A stretch of DNA of 64,000 nucleotides from Tagaea sp. (GTDB taxonomy: Bacteria > Pseudomonadota > Alphaproteobacteria > CACIAM-22H2). The notes beneath the pieces were generated by a model that ran no database searches, was not told where the DNA came from, and saw nothing but the letters and a program-made list of their open reading frames with translations. Positions 11,701-25,364 of the stretch are shown here, piece by piece. How positions within the stretch are numbered: position 1 is the stretch's first letter; the number at the start of each line of letters is the position of its first letter. A program made the translations under genes and the position numbers. The DNA lies in assembly GCA_965279525.1 (NCBI GenBank), contig CBDIIB010000003.1:512001-576000 (forward strand), in the 5' to 3' direction.

Positions 11701-12378
11701 ATGGCCGTGTATGTGGACGAGGGGCTTGCCCCGCTCGCCGACCAGATAAAGGCCGGTCTCGGCGCCGATCTACTGGCGTGCGAAATCGTCAAGGGCGAAC
11801 TGTGCATCGAGGTCGCGCGCGACGCGGTCGTGCGCGTGCTCACGTACCTGCGCGACGACGAGGCGTGCCGCTTCGGCGCGCTGATGGATGTGTGCGGCGT
11901 CGACTGGCCGCAGCGTCCGCTGCGCTTCGACGTCGTCTACAACCTGCTTTCGATGCGCCACAACCGGCGCATCCGCGTCAAGGTCGCGACGGACGAGAAC
12001 ACGCCGGTCCCCTCTGCCGTTCCGGTCTTCCCGTCGGCCGGCTGGTTCGAGCGCGAGACGTGGGATCTCTACGGCGTGTTCTTCGCCGGCCACCCCGACC
12101 TGCGCCGGCTGCTGACCGACTACGGCTTCGAGGGCCATCCGCTGCGCAAGGATTTCCCGCTGACCGGTTATGTCGAGGTCCGCTACGACACCGAGCAGCA
12201 GCGCGTCGTCTATGAGCCGGTGAAGCTCACGCAGGATTTCCGCTCGTTCGACTTCCTTTCGCCGTGGGAAGGGCTGGGCCTCGCCCAGCTCGGCCAGCTG
12301 CCCGGCGACGAGAAGGCCGCAGCACCTGCTGCCCCGCCGCCGGCCGCTCCGCCGCCCGCCACACCGCCGAAGGCTTGA
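11701..12378 (+). CDS. nuoC: NADH-quinone oxidoreductase subunit C
   Basis: [32 protein letters not shown]. Confidence 0.97.
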   Translation: MAVYVDEGLAPLADQIKAGLGADLLACEIVKGELCIEVARDAVVRVLTYLRDDEACRFGALMDVCGVDWPQRPLRFDVVYNLLSMRHNRRIRVKVATDENTPVPSAVPVFPSAGWFERETWDLYGVFFAGHPDLRRLLTDYGFEGHPLRKDFPLTGYVEVRYDTEQQRVVYEPVKLTQDFRSFDFLSPWEGLGLAQLGQLPGDEKAAAPAAPPPAAPPPATPPKA

Positions 12379-12383
12379 CGCGC

Positions 12384-13604
12384 ATGGCCGAACCGATCGC
12401 CGCCGCTCCCGCATCCGACCTCGCCGACGGCCAGGTCAAGATCAAGAACTACTCGCTCAATTTCGGGCCGCAGCATCCGGCCGCGCACGGCGTGCTGCGC
12501 CTCGTGCTCGAACTCGACGGCGAAGTCATCGAGCGCGCGGACCCGCATATCGGCCTCCTGCATCGCGGCACGGAAAAGCTGATCGAGTACAAGACCTACC
12601 TGCAGGCCGTGCCGTATTTCGACCGGCTCGACTACGTCTCGCCGATGAACCAGGAGCACGCCTACGCGCTGGCGGTCGAGAAGCTGCTGGGCATCCAGGC
12701 GCCGCCGCGCGCGCAGTACATCCGCGTGCTCTATGCCGAGATCGGCCGCATCCTCAACCACATCCTCAACGTCACGACCTTCGCCCTCGATGTCGGCGCC
12801 ATGACGCCGCTGCTGTGGGGCTTCGAGGAGCGCGAGACGCTGATGGAGTTCTACGAGCGTGTGTGCGGTGCGCGCCTGCACGCGGCCTATTTCCGTCCGG
12901 GTGGCGTCAGCCAGGACCTGCCGGCCGGCCTTGCCGACGACATGCTGAAGTTCGTCGACCATTTCCCGAAGATCCTCGACGACATCGAGAGCCTGCTGAC
13001 CGAAAACCGCATCTTCAAGCAGCGTACGGTCGATATCGGCGTGGTGTCGAAGGCCGACGCGCTGGCGTGGGGCTTCTCGGGCCCGATGGTGCGCGGCTCG
13101 GGGATTCCCTGGGACTTGCGCAAGTCGCAGCCCTACGACGCCTACGAGGCGATGGATTTCGACATCCCGATCGGCAAGAACGGCGACTGCTACGACCGCT
13201 ACCTGCTGCGCATGGACGAGATGCGCCAGTCGCTGCGCATCATGAAGCAGGCGATCGAGAAGATGCCGGGCGGCCCGGTGAAGACCGACGACCGCAAGGT
13301 CGCCCCGCCGGCGCGTGCCGAAATGAAGCGCTCGATGGAAGCGCTGATCCACCACTTCAAGCTCTATACCGAGGGCTACCGCGTTCCGGCGGGCGAGACC
13401 TACACGGCCGTCGAGGCGCCCAAGGGCGAGTTCGCGGTCTATCTCGTGTCGGACGGCACCAACAAGCCCTATCGCTGCAAGATCCGCGCACCGGGTTTCG
13501 CGTTCCTGCAGGCGATGGATTTCCTGGCAAAGGGCCACATGCTGGCCGACGTCGTCGCGATCATCGGGTCGCTCGACATCGTTTTCGGAGAGATCGACCG
13601 ATGA
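12384..13604 (+). CDS. nuoD: NADH-quinone oxidoreductase subunit D
   Basis: [31 protein letters not shown]. Confidence 0.97.
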   Translation: MAEPIAAAPASDLADGQVKIKNYSLNFGPQHPAAHGVLRLVLELDGEVIERADPHIGLLHRGTEKLIEYKTYLQAVPYFDRLDYVSPMNQEHAYALAVEKLLGIQAPPRAQYIRVLYAEIGRILNHILNVTTFALDVGAMTPLLWGFEERETLMEFYERVCGARLHAAYFRPGGVSQDLPAGLADDMLKFVDHFPKILDDIESLLTENRIFKQRTVDIGVVSKADALAWGFSGPMVRGSGIPWDLRKSQPYDAYEAMDFDIPIGKNGDCYDRYLLRMDEMRQSLRIMKQAIEKMPGGPVKTDDRKVAPPARAEMKRSMEALIHHFKLYTEGYRVPAGETYTAVEAPKGEFAVYLVSDGTNKPYRCKIRAPGFAFLQAMDFLAKGHMLADVVAIIGSLDIVFGEIDR

Positions 13605-14227
13605 GCGGCGGACACGGCCACGTCGAACAGCCGGCGAGCTTTTCCTTCAGCCCCGAGAATCTCGTCTGGGCGCAGAAGATCATCGCCAAGTATCCGGCGG
13701 GCCGTCAGGCGAGTGCGGTGCTGCCGCTGCTCGACCGCGCGCAGCGCCAGCACCACAACTGGCTGCCGCGCGCCGCGATGGATTACGTGGCGGGCCTTCT
13801 CGACATGGCGCCGATCCGCGTCTACGAGGTCGCGACGTTCTATTCGATGTTCAACCTCGCACCCGTCGGTAAGTGGTTCCTGCAGGTCTGCACGACCACG
13901 CCGTGCTGGCTGCGCGGCTCGGACGAAGTGATGGCGGCGTGCGAACGCAAGCTCCACATCAAGGGGACCGGCGACGCGAGCTTCCTGCATTCGGCCGACG
14001 GCAAGTTCACCGTGCGCGAGGTCGAGTGCCTGGGCACCTGCGTCAACGCGCCGGTCATCCAGGTGAACGACGATTTCTACGAGGATCTCGACGGCCCGCT
14101 CACCGAGAAGCTGATCGATGCGCTGGCGAAGGACGCGCCGCCGCCGAAGGGCTCGATGAAGGGCCGCCAGGGCGCCATGCCCGAAGGCGGACGCACGAGC
14201 CTGGCGAAAGTGGGCGGAGACAAGTGA
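13601..14227 (+). CDS. nuoE: NADH-quinone oxidoreductase subunit E
   Basis: [15 protein letters not shown] and ECLGTC [2Fe-2S] ligands. Confidence 0.96.
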   Translation: MSGGHGHVEQPASFSFSPENLVWAQKIIAKYPAGRQASAVLPLLDRAQRQHHNWLPRAAMDYVAGLLDMAPIRVYEVATFYSMFNLAPVGKWFLQVCTTTPCWLRGSDEVMAACERKLHIKGTGDASFLHSADGKFTVREVECLGTCVNAPVIQVNDDFYEDLDGPLTEKLIDALAKDAPPPKGSMKGRQGAMPEGGRTSLAKVGGDK

Positions 14228-15543
14228 TGCTCGAGGACAAGGACCGCATCTTCACGAATCTCTATGCCGACGGCGACTGGGGCCTGACCGGTGCCCGGGC
14301 GCGCGGCGACTGGGACGGCACCAAGGAGATCATCCTCAAGGGCCGCGACTGGATCGTGAAGGAGATGCAGGATTCCGGCCTGCGCGGGCGCGGCGGGGCC
14401 GGCTTCCCGACCGGCATGAAGTGGTCCTTCATGCCCAAGACGACGCCCGACGGAAAGCCGCTCGACGGTCGCCCGCACTATCTGGTCGTCAACGCCGACG
14501 AGTCCGAGCCTGGCACCTGCAAGGACCGCGAGATCCTGCGCCATGATCCGCACAAGCTGGTCGAAGGCTGCCTGCTCGCCGGTGTCGCGATGGGTGCCCA
14601 TGCCGGCTACATCTACGTGCGCGGCGAGTTCTACAACGAGGCCTCGCATCTCGAGATCGCCGTGCAGCAGGCCTACGAAGCGGGCCTTCTCGGCAAGAAC
14701 GCGTGCGGGTCGGGCTGGGATTTCGACCTCTATGTCCATCGCGGTGCCGGTGCCTATATCTGCGGCGAAGAGACGGCGCTGATCGAGAGTCTCGAGGGCA
14801 AGAAGGGCCAGCCGCGCCTGAAGCCGCCATTCCCGGCGGGCATGGGCCTCTATGGCTGCCCGACGACGGTCAACAATGTCGAGACGATCGCGGTGGCGCC
14901 CACGATCCTGCGCCGCGGCGCTTCGTGGTTCATGTCGTTCGGCCGGCCCAAGAACGCGGGCACCAAGCTTTTCTGCATCTCCGGTCACGTCAACAAGCCG
15001 TGCACCGTCGAAGAGGCGATGAGCATCCCGCTCAAGGAACTGATCGAGAAGCACTGCGGCGGCGTGCGCGGCGGCTGGGACAACCTGCTGGCGATCATCC
15101 CGGGCGGCGCATCGGTTCCGGTCCTGCCCAAGTCGATCTGCGACACGGTGCTGATGGATTTCGACGCGCTGCGCGAGCAGCGCTCGGGCCTCGGCACGGC
15201 TGCCGTCATCGTCATGGACAAGTCGACCGACATCGTGAAGGCGATCGCGCGCCTGTCGCGCTTCTACATGCACGAGAGCTGCGGCCAGTGCACGCCGTGC
15301 CGCGAAGGCACCGGCTGGCTGTGGCGCGTCATGCAGCGCATGGTCAAGGGCCAGGCGGAGCTTCCCGAGATCGACATGCTCGAAGAAGTCACGCGCCAGA
15401 TCGAAGGCCACACCATCTGCGCGCTCGGCGACGCGGCGGCGTGGCCGGTGCAGGGCCTGATCCGGCATTTCCGGCCGGAGATGGAAATGCGCATCCGGAA
15501 CTACAAGGCGGCCCTGCAGGTCGCCAAGGCGGCTGCGGAGTGA
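14227..15543 (+). CDS. nuoF: NADH-quinone oxidoreductase subunit F
   Basis: [35 protein letters not shown]. Confidence 0.97.
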   Translation: MLEDKDRIFTNLYADGDWGLTGARARGDWDGTKEIILKGRDWIVKEMQDSGLRGRGGAGFPTGMKWSFMPKTTPDGKPLDGRPHYLVVNADESEPGTCKDREILRHDPHKLVEGCLLAGVAMGAHAGYIYVRGEFYNEASHLEIAVQQAYEAGLLGKNACGSGWDFDLYVHRGAGAYICGEETALIESLEGKKGQPRLKPPFPAGMGLYGCPTTVNNVETIAVAPTILRRGASWFMSFGRPKNAGTKLFCISGHVNKPCTVEEAMSIPLKELIEKHCGGVRGGWDNLLAIIPGGASVPVLPKSICDTVLMDFDALREQRSGLGTAAVIVMDKSTDIVKAIARLSRFYMHESCGQCTPCREGTGWLWRVMQRMVKGQAELPEIDMLEEVTRQIEGHTICALGDAAAWPVQGLIRHFRPEMEMRIRNYKAALQVAKAAAE

Positions 15544-15548
15544 CGTCG

Positions 15549-15854
15549 ATGGATCTTCACAAGACCAAGACGGTTCTCGACGTGCGCGGCTCGGACGTGT
15601 CCGGGTCGAAGTTCGACGACGTCAACATCTCCGGAACCAGCCTGCACAATGTCAACATGTCGGGCTGGGATGTGGACGACGCGAACATCTCAGGGCTGCG
15701 CGTGAACAACGCGAACCTGTCCGGCATGCGGATTTCCAAGGCCAATCTCGCGGGTGCTTCCATCGAGGGCAGCCGCATCGAGGGAATGACGATCGACGGC
15801 GTGCCGGTCGAGGCGATGCTGGCAGCATATCGTGCGACGAAAGAGCAGGGCTGA
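15549..15854 (+). CDS. Small pentapeptide-repeat protein (101 aa) inside the nuo operon
   Basis: Regular 5-residue periodicity (VNISG/VNMSG/ANISG/ANLSG/ANLAG) with C-terminal GMTIDGVPVEAMLAAY; fills the nuoF-nuoG gap; possible GTG start at 15540. Confidence 0.85.
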   Translation: MDLHKTKTVLDVRGSDVSGSKFDDVNISGTSLHNVNMSGWDVDDANISGLRVNNANLSGMRISKANLAGASIEGSRIEGMTIDGVPVEAMLAAYRATKEQG

Positions 15855-15857
15855 GCG

Positions 15858-17921
15858 ATGCCGAAGGTAACGATCGACGGCGAAACCATCGAGGTCCCGG
15901 GCGGCATCACCGTGCTGCAGGCCTGCGAGCTTGCCGGCAAGGAAGTGCCGCGCTTCTGCTACCACGAGCGCCTGTCGGTCGCCGGCAACTGCCGCATGTG
16001 CCTGGTCGAGATGGAGAAGAGCCCCAAGCCGGTCGCGTCGTGCGCGATGCCGATCGCCGAGGGCCAGGTCATCAAGACGAACACGCCGCTGGTCAAGAAG
16101 GCCCGCAACGGCGTGATGGAGTTCCTGCTCATCAACCATCCGCTCGACTGCCCGATCTGCGACCAGGGCGGCGAGTGCGACCTGCAGGACCAGTCGATGG
16201 CCTACGGGATCGGCCAGAGCCGGTTCAAGGAGAACAAGCGCGCCGTTCCCGACAAGGAGATCGGCCCCCTCGTCAAGACGACGATGACGCGCTGCATCCA
16301 CTGCACGCGCTGCGTGCGCTTCGCGACCGAGGTCGCGGGGGCCGAGGAACTCGGTGCCGTCTTCCGCGGCGAGCACATGGAAATCGACACCTATATCGAG
16401 AAGGCGCTGACCAGCGAGCTCTCGGGCAACATCGTCGACCTCTGCCCGGTTGGTGCCCTCACCTCGAAGCCCTATGCCTTCAGCGCGCGCCCGTGGGAGC
16501 TGCGCAAGACCGAATCCGTCGACGTGTTCGATGCGCTGGGTGCGAGCATCCGTGTGGATGCGCGCGGCGGCGAGGTGCTGCGCGTGCTGCCGCGCCTCAA
16601 CGAGGAAACCAACGAGGAGTGGATCGCCGACAAGTCGCGCCACGCGGTGGACGGCCTGAAGCGCCAGCGCCTCGACAAGCCCTATGTGCGCAAGGACGGC
16701 AAACTGCAGCCCGTCTCGTGGAACGAAGCGCTGGGTGCGGTCGCGGCCAAACTCAAGTCGACGGCGCCGGCGCGCGTTGCCGCACTCGCCGGCGATCTTG
16801 CCGATTGCGAGGCGATGACGGCGCTCAAGGATCTGATGGCGGCGATCGGTTCGCCCAATCTCGACTGCCGGCAGGACGGGGCGAAGCTCGATGCGTCGGC
16901 GCGCGCGTCGTGGCTGTTCAACTCGACCGTCGCAGGCATCGACGAGGCCGACGCGATCCTGCTGGTCGGGACCAATCCGCGCTGGGAAAGCCCGGTGCTC
17001 AACGCGCGCATCCGCCGCCGCTTCCGCGCGGGCGGCGTGAAGATCGCGTCGATCGGCCCTCAAGTCGATCTCACGTACAAGTACGAATATCTGGGTGCCG
17101 GGCCGACGAGCCTGGCCGATCTCGCTGCCGGCAAGATGGCCTTCGCCGAAACGCTGAAGGCGGCCAAGAAGCCGATGCTGATCCTGGGGCAGGGGGCACT
17201 GGCCCGCGCCGACGGTGCGGCCGTGCTGGCGCTGGCGCGCGACATCGCCGACCGCTTCGGCCTGGTCAAGGACGGCTGGAACGGCTTCAACGTGCTGCAC
17301 GTCGCGGCGGCCCGCGTGGGCGGTCTCGAACTCGGCTTCGTGCCGGGCGCGCAGGGCCGCGACACGGCGGCCATCCTCGACGGCGCATCAAAGGGCGAGA
17401 TCGACTTCGTCTACCTGCTGGCGGCCGACGAGATCGACACGAGCCGCCTCGGCAAGGCCTTCGTCGTCTATCAGGGCCATCACGGCGACAAGGGTGCCCA
17501 CCGCGCCGACGTCGTGCTGCCGGGTGCCGCCTATACCGAGAAGAACGCCACCTACGTGAACACCGAAGGCCGCGTCCAGCAGACGCGCCTTGCCGTGTTT
17601 CCGCCGGGCGAGGCGAAAGAAGACTGGAAGATCCTGCGCGCCTTGTCGGAAGCGGCGGGACGCAAGCTCCCGTTCGACACGATCGGGCAAGTGCGCGCGC
17701 GCATGGCGGCGGTCTCGCCGGTCTTCGCGAAGCTCGATGCCGCACAACCCGGTACGTGGGCCGCGTTCGGCAAGGCCGGGCCGGTCGACGGGGCGCCGTT
17801 CGTCTCGCCGATCACGAACTTCTACATGACCGATCCGATCAGCCGCGCCTCGGCGACGATGGCGGCCTGCACCGAGACCTATCTTAAGGGCTCGGCCGCA
17901 CGGACCGGAACGCACGGGTGA
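15858..17921 (+). CDS. nuoG: NADH-quinone oxidoreductase subunit G
   Basis: [46 protein letters not shown]. Confidence 0.97.
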   Translation: MPKVTIDGETIEVPGGITVLQACELAGKEVPRFCYHERLSVAGNCRMCLVEMEKSPKPVASCAMPIAEGQVIKTNTPLVKKARNGVMEFLLINHPLDCPICDQGGECDLQDQSMAYGIGQSRFKENKRAVPDKEIGPLVKTTMTRCIHCTRCVRFATEVAGAEELGAVFRGEHMEIDTYIEKALTSELSGNIVDLCPVGALTSKPYAFSARPWELRKTESVDVFDALGASIRVDARGGEVLRVLPRLNEETNEEWIADKSRHAVDGLKRQRLDKPYVRKDGKLQPVSWNEALGAVAAKLKSTAPARVAALAGDLADCEAMTALKDLMAAIGSPNLDCRQDGAKLDASARASWLFNSTVAGIDEADAILLVGTNPRWESPVLNARIRRRFRAGGVKIASIGPQVDLTYKYEYLGAGPTSLADLAAGKMAFAETLKAAKKPMLILGQGALARADGAAVLALARDIADRFGLVKDGWNGFNVLHVAAARVGGLELGFVPGAQGRDTAAILDGASKGEIDFVYLLAADEIDTSRLGKAFVVYQGHHGDKGAHRADVVLPGAAYTEKNATYVNTEGRVQQTRLAVFPPGEAKEDWKILRALSEAAGRKLPFDTIGQVRARMAAVSPVFAKLDAAQPGTWAAFGKAGPVDGAPFVSPITNFYMTDPISRASATMAACTETYLKGSAARTGTHG

Positions 17922-17928
17922 GGGCGAA

Positions 17929-18927
17929 ATGAGCAACATCCTCCTCATCGGCGCCATCGAGATCGGGAAGATCCTTCTCGTCGTCGTCCCGCTGCTGATC
18001 TCGGTCGCGATGCTGACCTATTTCGAGCGCAAGGTGATCGGCGCCATCCAGCTGCGCAAGGGCCCCAACGTGGTCGGCCCGTTCGGCCTGCTGCAGCCCT
18101 TCGCCGACGCGCTGAAGCTGCTGACCAAGGAAACCATCGTTCCGACCGGCGCCAACCGCGTCGTGTTCATGATGGCGCCGATGCTCACGCTGCTGCTCAG
18201 CCTCGTCGCGTGGGCCGTGATCCCGTTCGACTATGGCTGGGTGCTGGCCGACATCAATGTTGGCATCCTCTATCTCTTCGCGATCTCGTCGCTGGGCGTC
18301 TACGGCATCATCATGGCCGGCTGGGCATCCAACTCGAAATACGCGTTCCTCGGCGCCATGCGCTCGGCCGCCCAGATGGTGTCGTACGAAGTCTCGATCG
18401 GCTTCGTCATCATCACGGTCCTGCTGTGCGTGGGTTCGCTGAACCTCTCCGACATCGTGATGGCGCAGAAGACGGTGTGGTTCGCCATCCCGCTTTTCCC
18501 GATGTTCATCATCTTCTTCGTCTCGGCGCTGGCCGAGACGAACCGCTCGCCCTTCGATCTTCCCGAAGGCGAGTCCGAGATCGTCGCGGGCTATTTCGTC
18601 GAGTATTCCTCGATGAGCTTCGCGATGTTCTTCCTGGGCGAATACGCCGCGATGATCCTGATGAGCGGGATGACGACGATCCTGTTCCTCGGCGGCTGGC
18701 TGCCGCCCTTCGACATCGCGCCGCTCAACTGGATCCCGGGCCTCGTGTGGTTCGCGCTCAAGACGGCGGCCTGCCTGTTCGTCTTCCTGTGGGTCCGCGC
18801 GACGATGCCCCGCTACCGCTACGACCAGCTCATGCGTCTGGGCTGGAAGGTCTTCTTGCCGTTCTCGCTCTTCTGGGTCGTGCTGACGGCCGGTGTGCTG
18901 ATGGCCACCGGCTGGATCCCGCGCTGA
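17929..18927 (+). CDS. nuoH: NADH-quinone oxidoreductase subunit H
   Basis: [39 protein letters not shown]. Confidence 0.97.
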   Translation: MSNILLIGAIEIGKILLVVVPLLISVAMLTYFERKVIGAIQLRKGPNVVGPFGLLQPFADALKLLTKETIVPTGANRVVFMMAPMLTLLLSLVAWAVIPFDYGWVLADINVGILYLFAISSLGVYGIIMAGWASNSKYAFLGAMRSAAQMVSYEVSIGFVIITVLLCVGSLNLSDIVMAQKTVWFAIPLFPMFIIFFVSALAETNRSPFDLPEGESEIVAGYFVEYSSMSFAMFFLGEYAAMILMSGMTTILFLGGWLPPFDIAPLNWIPGLVWFALKTAACLFVFLWVRATMPRYRYDQLMRLGWKVFLPFSLFWVVLTAGVLMATGWIPR

Positions 18928-18953
18928 TCCGGAAGGGAGAAAAGGAAACGATC

Positions 18954-19445
18954 ATGGCCGCCAGTCTCGACCGAAGTGCGCGCACCATGCTGCTGTCCGA
19001 GCTCGTCTCGGGCATGGCGCTGACGCTGAAGTATTTCTTCAAGCCGAAGGTCACGCTCAACTACCCCTACGAGAAGGGGCCGATCAGCCCGCGCTTCCGC
19101 GGCGAACACGTGCTGCGCCGCTACGCCAACGGCGAGGAACGCTGCATCGCGTGCAAGCTGTGCGAGGCGGTATGCCCGGCGCAGGCAATCACGATCGAGG
19201 CCGAGCCGCGCGACGACGGCAGCCGGCGCACGACACGCTACGACATCGACATGACCAAGTGCATCTACTGCGGCTTCTGCCAAGAGGCTTGCCCCGTGGA
19301 CGCGATCGTCGAGGGTCCGAACTTCGAGTTCTCGACCGAGACGCGCGAAGAGCTGATGTACAACAAGGCCAAACTGCTTTCGAACGGAGATCGCTGGGAG
19401 GCGGAAATCGCCAACAGCCTCGCCGCCGACGCACCGTATCGCTGA
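18954..19445 (+). CDS. nuoI: NADH-quinone oxidoreductase subunit I
   Basis: Two [4Fe-4S] motifs: [12 protein letters not shown] and [12 protein letters not shown]. Confidence 0.97.
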   Translation: MAASLDRSARTMLLSELVSGMALTLKYFFKPKVTLNYPYEKGPISPRFRGEHVLRRYANGEERCIACKLCEAVCPAQAITIEAEPRDDGSRRTTRYDIDMTKCIYCGFCQEACPVDAIVEGPNFEFSTETREELMYNKAKLLSNGDRWEAEIANSLAADAPYR

Positions 19446-19468
19446 ACCGGGACAACAGGCACACACCG

Positions 19469-20086
19469 ATGCTCGAAGCGATCGTCTTCTACCTGTTCTC
19501 CGCCGTGATGGTGGCCGCCGCGGTCATGGTCATCTTCGCGCGCAATCCGGTGCACTCGGTGCTGTTCCTGATCCTGTGCTTCTTCAACGCGGCGGGCCTG
19601 TTCGTGCTGATGGGGGCCGAGTTCCTGGCGATGATCCTCGTCGTCGTCTATGTCGGTGCGGTCGCGGTGCTGTTCCTGTTCGTCGTGATGATGCTCGACG
19701 TCGATTTCGTGGCACTGCGCGAAGGCTATGCGAAGTACCTGCCGGTGGGTGCGGCAGTCGGCCTCGTGCTGGCGGCCGAGCTCGTGTTCGTGCTGGCCCC
19801 CTGGGCCTTCTCGGCCTCGGTGCCCGAGGCGATCGCCATCCCCATTCCCGATCCCGGCCAGATCCACAATACGCGCGCACTCGGCCTCGTGATCTACGAC
19901 GACTTCGCCTACGTGTTCCAGGCATCGGGTCTCATTCTTCTCGTCGCGATGGTCGGCGCCATTGTGCTGACATTGCGCGAGCGCGAAGGCGTCAAGCGCC
20001 AGTCGATCTCGCGCCAGGTCTCGCGCACGCGCGCCGAAGGCGTCGAGACGGTCTCGGTCAAGTCGCGCCAGGGGGTCGACGTCTGA
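19469..20086 (+). CDS. nuoJ: NADH-quinone oxidoreductase subunit J
   Basis: [26 protein letters not shown]. Confidence 0.96.
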   Translation: MLEAIVFYLFSAVMVAAAVMVIFARNPVHSVLFLILCFFNAAGLFVLMGAEFLAMILVVVYVGAVAVLFLFVVMMLDVDFVALREGYAKYLPVGAAVGLVLAAELVFVLAPWAFSASVPEAIAIPIPDPGQIHNTRALGLVIYDDFAYVFQASGLILLVAMVGAIVLTLREREGVKRQSISRQVSRTRAEGVETVSVKSRQGVDV

Positions 20087-20394
20087 TGGAAATCACGCTC
20101 GGACATTACCTGACGGTCGCGGCGATCCTGTTCACGCTCGGGATCTTCGGCATCTTCCTCAACCGCAAGAACGTCATCGTGATCCTGATGTCGGTCGAGC
20201 TGATGCTGCTTGCGGTCAACATCAACCTCGTCGCCTTCTCCACGCATCTGGGCGATCTCGTTGGGCAGGTCTTCGCGCTGTTCATCCTGACCGTCGCCGC
20301 CGCCGAGGCGGCGATCGGTCTGGCGATCCTCGTCGTGTATTTCCGCAACCGCGGCACGATCGAGGTCGAAGACATCAACATGATGAAGGGCTGA
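20086..20394 (+). CDS. nuoK: NADH-quinone oxidoreductase subunit K
   Basis: [20 protein letters not shown]. Confidence 0.96.
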   Translation: MEITLGHYLTVAAILFTLGIFGIFLNRKNVIVILMSVELMLLAVNINLVAFSTHLGDLVGQVFALFILTVAAAEAAIGLAILVVYFRNRGTIEVEDINMMKG

Positions 20395-20408
20395 GGGGTA
20401 CCGAGACG

Positions 20409-22367
20409 ATGTATACCGCTGCCGTCCTTCTTCCGCTGCTGGGCTTCGTGCTGGGAAGCCTCGTGCTGATGTCGCCGCTGCCGGCCGAAAGCCGCGACCG
20501 GCTGGCCCAGATCGCGACTACGGGGTGCGTGGGTTTCGCGGCCGTGCTTTCGCTGTTCATCTTCGTGCAGGTCGGCATCAACGGCCAGACGCGCACGGTC
20601 GAGCTCTTCACGTGGATCAGCTCGGGCTCGTTCGTCGCCAACTGGGCGCTCAAGTACGACGCGCTCTCGGCCAACATGGTGTGCGTGGTCACCATCGTGT
20701 CGTCGATGGTGCATCTCTATTCGATCGGCTACATGTCGGAAGACAAGTCGATCCCGCGCTTCATGTCGTATCTGTCGCTGTTCACGTTCTTCATGCTGGC
20801 ACTCGTGACGGCCGACAACTTCATCCAGATGTTCTTCGGCTGGGAGGGCGTTGGGCTCGCCTCGTACCTGCTGATCGGCTTCTGGTACGAGAAGGACAGC
20901 GCCAACGAGGCCTCGATCAAGGCGTTCCTCGTCAACCGCGTGGGCGATTTCGGTTTCGCACTCGGCATCTTCGCCGTGTTCATGGTGTTCGGCACCGTGC
21001 AGTTCGACCAGGTCTTCGCGGCCGTGCCGGCCGCCGCCGACTGGAACATGACGTTCCTGTCGTGGGAATTCCACGCGATGACGGCGATCTGCCTCCTGCT
21101 GTTCATCGGTGCGTGCGGCAAGTCGGCCCAGCTCTTCCTGCACACCTGGCTGCCCGACGCGATGGAAGGCCCCACGCCGGTCTCCGCCCTCATCCACGCC
21201 GCCACGATGGTGACGGCGGGCGTGTTCATGGTCTGCCGCTTGTCGCCGATGTTCGAATACGCGCCCACCGCACTTGCCGTCGTCACGATCGTGGGTGCCT
21301 CCACGGCGCTGTTTGCCGCGTCGGTCGGCCTCGTGCAGAACGACATCAAGCGCGTGATCGCCTATTCGACCTGCTCGCAGCTCGGCTACATGTTCTTCGC
21401 CGCCGGCGTGTCGGCCTATTCGGCCGCCATGTTCCATCTCACGACCCACGCCTTCTTCAAGGCGCTGCTGTTCCTGGGTGCGGGCTCGGTCATCCATGCG
21501 CTCCACCACGAGCAGGACATGCGCCGGATGGGCGGCAACGTCCACACCAAGATCCGCCAGACCTACGCGATGATGTGGATCGGTTCGCTCGCCCTTGCCG
21601 GCATGGGCATCCCCGGCATCGGCGGCTTCGCGGGCTTCTACTCCAAGGACATTATCATGGAGAGCGCGTGGGCCGCGCACTCGGCCGTCGGCCAGTACGC
21701 GTTCTGGCTGGGTCTCGCGGCCGCGACGATGACCGCGTTCTATTCTTGGCGCCTGATCTTCATGAGCTTCCACGTCGCCCCGCAGACCGACCATCACGCG
21801 GTCGACCATGCGCACGAATCGCCGGCCACGATGATGATCCCGCTCTACGTGCTTGCGGCCGGCGCCATCTTCTCGGGCATCGGCCTCAGTTACCTGTTCG
21901 TCGGCGACGGGCGCGCGGCGTTCTGGGGCGAGTCGATCAAGGTGCTGAACGACACGATCGAGCACGCGCATCATGCGCCCGGCTGGATCCCGCCGCTGCT
22001 CGTCGCGGTCGGCCTTGCGGGTATCGGCGTCGCATACGGCCTTTACATCAAGAACCCGTCCAAGCCCGCGAAGATCGCGGCGGCCAACCCGGGTCTCTAT
22101 CAGTTCCTGCTCAACAAATGGTACTTCGACGAGCTCTACGACAAGCTGTTCGTGCGCCCGTCCTTCGTCATCGGCCGCTTCCTGTGGAAGCAGGGCGACG
22201 GCAACGTGATCGACCGCGGCGGGCCGGACGCGCTTGCCGCCGGCACGTTGCGCCTTGCCCAGCGCGCCAGCTGGCTGCAGACGGGCTATCTCTACCACTA
22301 CGCCTTCGCGATGCTGATCGGCATCGTGATCCTCGCCACCTGGTACGTGCTGCGCGCGGGCCATTGA
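20409..22367 (+). CDS. nuoL: NADH-quinone oxidoreductase subunit L
   Basis: [39 protein letters not shown]. Confidence 0.97.
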   Translation: MYTAAVLLPLLGFVLGSLVLMSPLPAESRDRLAQIATTGCVGFAAVLSLFIFVQVGINGQTRTVELFTWISSGSFVANWALKYDALSANMVCVVTIVSSMVHLYSIGYMSEDKSIPRFMSYLSLFTFFMLALVTADNFIQMFFGWEGVGLASYLLIGFWYEKDSANEASIKAFLVNRVGDFGFALGIFAVFMVFGTVQFDQVFAAVPAAADWNMTFLSWEFHAMTAICLLLFIGACGKSAQLFLHTWLPDAMEGPTPVSALIHAATMVTAGVFMVCRLSPMFEYAPTALAVVTIVGASTALFAASVGLVQNDIKRVIAYSTCSQLGYMFFAAGVSAYSAAMFHLTTHAFFKALLFLGAGSVIHALHHEQDMRRMGGNVHTKIRQTYAMMWIGSLALAGMGIPGIGGFAGFYSKDIIMESAWAAHSAVGQYAFWLGLAAATMTAFYSWRLIFMSFHVAPQTDHHAVDHAHESPATMMIPLYVLAAGAIFSGIGLSYLFVGDGRAAFWGESIKVLNDTIEHAHHAPGWIPPLLVAVGLAGIGVAYGLYIKNPSKPAKIAAANPGLYQFLLNKWYFDELYDKLFVRPSFVIGRFLWKQGDGNVIDRGGPDALAAGTLRLAQRASWLQTGYLYHYAFAMLIGIVILATWYVLRAGH

Positions 22368-22374
22368 GAGTGTC

Positions 22375-23922
22375 ATGACAGACTGGCCGATCCTTTCACT
22401 CGTCACGTTCCTGCCTCTCGTCGGGGCCGTGTTCATCCTGTGCGTCAACGGCACCGCCGACGTGGTGGCGCGCAACGCGCGCTGGGCGGCACTCTGGACG
22501 TCGCTCGCGACGTTCCTCGTCTCGCTGGTCCTGTGGTTCGATTTCGACCGGTCGAGCACGGCCTTCCAGTTCGTCGAACGCAGCGTGTGGATCCCGGGCT
22601 ACGCGATCGGCTACCACATGGGCGTGGACGGGATTTCGGCGCCGTTCATCCTGCTCTCCACGTTCCTCACGCCGCTGTGCATCCTCGCCAGCTGGCACGT
22701 GACCGAGCGGGTGCGCGAATACATGATCGCGTTCCTCGTGCTCGAGACCTTCATGGTCGGCACGTTCGCGGCCCTCGACCTCCTGCTCTTCTACGTGTTC
22801 TTCGAGGCCGTGCTGATCCCGATGTTCCTCATCATCGGCATCTGGGGCGGCAAGCGGCGCGTCTATGCGGCGTTCAAGTTCTTCCTCTACACGCTGCTCG
22901 GTTCGGTCCTGATGCTGGTCGCGATGCTCGCGATCTACTGGCACACCGAGACGACCAACATCGTCGACCTGCTCGAATACGGCTTCCCGCGCGACGTCCA
23001 GATGTGGCTGTGGCTCGCCTTCTTCGCGTCGTTCGCGGTGAAGGTGCCGATGTGGCCGGTGCACACCTGGCTGCCCGACGCGCACGTGGAAGCCCCCACC
23101 GCCGGATCGGTGATCCTGGCCGGCGTTCTCTTGAAGATGGGCGGCTATGGTCTGATCCGCTTCTCGGTGCCGATGTTTCCGGAGGCGAGCGAATACTTCA
23201 CGCCGCTCGTCTTCTCGATGTCGATCGTCGCGGTCATCTACACCTCGCTCGTGGCGCTGGTGCAGGAGGACATGAAGAAGCTGATCGCCTATTCCTCGGT
23301 CGCGCACATGGGCTTCGTGACGATGGGCATCTTCGCCGGCACGCGCCAGGGCATCGAGGGCGCGATGTTCCAGATGATCTCGCACGGCGTGGTCTCGGGC
23401 GCCCTGTTCCTGTGCGTGGGCGTCGTCTACGACCGCCTGCACACGCGCGAGATTTCGCGCTACGGCGGTCTCGTCCACCGCATGCCGGCTTACGCGGTCG
23501 TGTTCATGGTGTTCACGATGGCCTCGGTCGGCCTGCCGGGCACGTCGGGTTTCGTGGGCGAGTTCCTCGTGCTTGCCGGCACCTACCAGACGTCGACTTG
23601 GGCGGCGGCGCTCGCCTCGACCGGCGTCATCCTGGGCGCTGCCTACATGCTCTTCCTCTACCGGCGCGTGATCTTCGGCAAGCTGACGAAGGAAGATCTC
23701 AAGACGATGCTCGACCTCGACTGGCGCGAGAAGGTGATCTTCGCGCCGCTGGTCGTGGCGACGATCTGGCTCGGGATCCAGCCCAAACCCGTTCTCGACA
23801 TGATCGGGCCGACCGTGCAGGCGATCGTCGAGCGCTACGAGGCCGACCGCGGCGGCCATCACAACCATGCCCAGGGCACGGGTGCGGCCGTGGCCGTGCT
23901 GGCACCGGAGACCGGCCGATGA
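22375..23922 (+). CDS. nuoM: NADH-quinone oxidoreductase subunit M
   Basis: [33 protein letters not shown]. Confidence 0.97.
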   Translation: MTDWPILSLVTFLPLVGAVFILCVNGTADVVARNARWAALWTSLATFLVSLVLWFDFDRSSTAFQFVERSVWIPGYAIGYHMGVDGISAPFILLSTFLTPLCILASWHVTERVREYMIAFLVLETFMVGTFAALDLLLFYVFFEAVLIPMFLIIGIWGGKRRVYAAFKFFLYTLLGSVLMLVAMLAIYWHTETTNIVDLLEYGFPRDVQMWLWLAFFASFAVKVPMWPVHTWLPDAHVEAPTAGSVILAGVLLKMGGYGLIRFSVPMFPEASEYFTPLVFSMSIVAVIYTSLVALVQEDMKKLIAYSSVAHMGFVTMGIFAGTRQGIEGAMFQMISHGVVSGALFLCVGVVYDRLHTREISRYGGLVHRMPAYAVVFMVFTMASVGLPGTSGFVGEFLVLAGTYQTSTWAAALASTGVILGAAYMLFLYRRVIFGKLTKEDLKTMLDLDWREKVIFAPLVVATIWLGIQPKPVLDMIGPTVQAIVERYEADRGGHHNHAQGTGAAVAVLAPETGR

Positions 23923-25364
23923 GCGATTTCCTTCCCGGCATCGCCCGCCCCGAGATCTTCCTCGCCTGTGCGGGCCTGTTCCTGCTGATGCTCGGCGTGT
24001 TCGGTGGCGAGCGTGCCACGCGCATGGTGTCGTGGCTGGCGATCGCGTCGCTGCTGGCGGCAACCGCCCTGATCGGCGCCCCCGACGGGGCGCGTGCCGT
24101 CGGCTTTTCCGGGCTGTTCGTCTCGGATTCCTATTCGAGTTTCGCCAAGGCGCTGGTGTTCCTCGCCACGGCGGCCTCGCTGCTGATCAGCATCGAGTTC
24201 AACGAGCGCGAAGGCTTCGCGCGCTTCGAGTATCCGGTGCTGATGGTGTTCGCGGCGCTGGGCATGGCGATGATGGTGTCGGCCAACGACCTGATCTCGC
24301 TCTATATGGGCATCGAGCTGCAGAGCCTGTCGCTCTACGTGCTGGCGGCCATCCGGCGGGATTCGGTCCGCGCAACCGAAGCGGGCCTCAAGTATTTCGT
24401 GCTGGGCGCATTGTCGTCGGGCCTGCTGCTCTACGGCGCCTCGCTGATCTATGGTTTCTCGGGCACGACCAACTTCGACACGCTCGCGGCCACGATGATC
24501 GACCAGGCGGGGGCAACCCCCATCGGCGTCATCTTCGGCATCGTGTTCGTGTCCGCCGCACTCGCGTTCAAGATCTCGGCCGCCCCGTTCCACATGTGGA
24601 CGCCGGACGTGTACGAGGGCGCACCCACGCCCGTCACGGCCTTCTTCGCGGCCGCGCCCAAGGTCGCGGCGATAACGCTTTTCGCGCGCGTCCTGGTCGG
24701 CCCGTTCGGCCCGCTGGTGCATGACTGGCAGCAGATCGTCGTGTTCATCGCCATCGCGTCGATGGCGATCGGCGCGTTCGCGGCAATTGCGCAGACCAAC
24801 ATCAAGCGGCTGATGGCCTATAGCTCGATCGGGCATGTCGGCTTTGCGCTGGTCGGCCTTGCCGCCGGCGACGAAGCGGGCGTGCTGGGCGTGCTCGTCT
24901 ACATGGCGATCTATCTCGCCATGAACCTGACGGCCTTCGCCGCGATCCTGTGCATGAAGCGCGACGGCAAGATGGTCGAGACCATCGCCGACCTCGCGGG
25001 CCTCGCGCGCACGCAGCCGCTGGTCGCGGCCGCCCTCGCCATCGCGATGTTCTCGATGGCCGGCATCCCGCCGCTGGCCGGGTTCTTCGGCAAGATGTAC
25101 GTGTTCCTGGCGGCCGTCTCGGCCGGGCTCTACGCGCTGGCCGTCATCGGCGTGCTCGCCTCGGTCGTCAGCGCGTTCTATTACCTGCGCATCGTCAAGG
25201 TCATGTATTTCGACGCCGGCACCGTCGGCTTCGACAAGCGCCTTGAGGCCGGCCCCGCGGCCGTGCTCGGGGCAGGGGCCATCTTCACGCTGATGTTCTT
25301 CGCGTGGCCCGCACCGCTCGTGCGTGCGGCCGGCGTCGCGGCAGCCGCATTGTTCGGCGGATGA
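23919..25364 (+). CDS. nuoN: NADH-quinone oxidoreductase subunit N
   Basis: [41 protein letters not shown]. Confidence 0.97.
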   Translation: MSDFLPGIARPEIFLACAGLFLLMLGVFGGERATRMVSWLAIASLLAATALIGAPDGARAVGFSGLFVSDSYSSFAKALVFLATAASLLISIEFNEREGFARFEYPVLMVFAALGMAMMVSANDLISLYMGIELQSLSLYVLAAIRRDSVRATEAGLKYFVLGALSSGLLLYGASLIYGFSGTTNFDTLAATMIDQAGATPIGVIFGIVFVSAALAFKISAAPFHMWTPDVYEGAPTPVTAFFAAAPKVAAITLFARVLVGPFGPLVHDWQQIVVFIAIASMAIGAFAAIAQTNIKRLMAYSSIGHVGFALVGLAAGDEAGVLGVLVYMAIYLAMNLTAFAAILCMKRDGKMVETIADLAGLARTQPLVAAALAIAMFSMAGIPPLAGFFGKMYVFLAAVSAGLYALAVIGVLASVVSAFYYLRIVKVMYFDAGTVGFDKRLEAGPAAVLGAGAIFTLMFFAWPAPLVRAAGVAAAALFGG

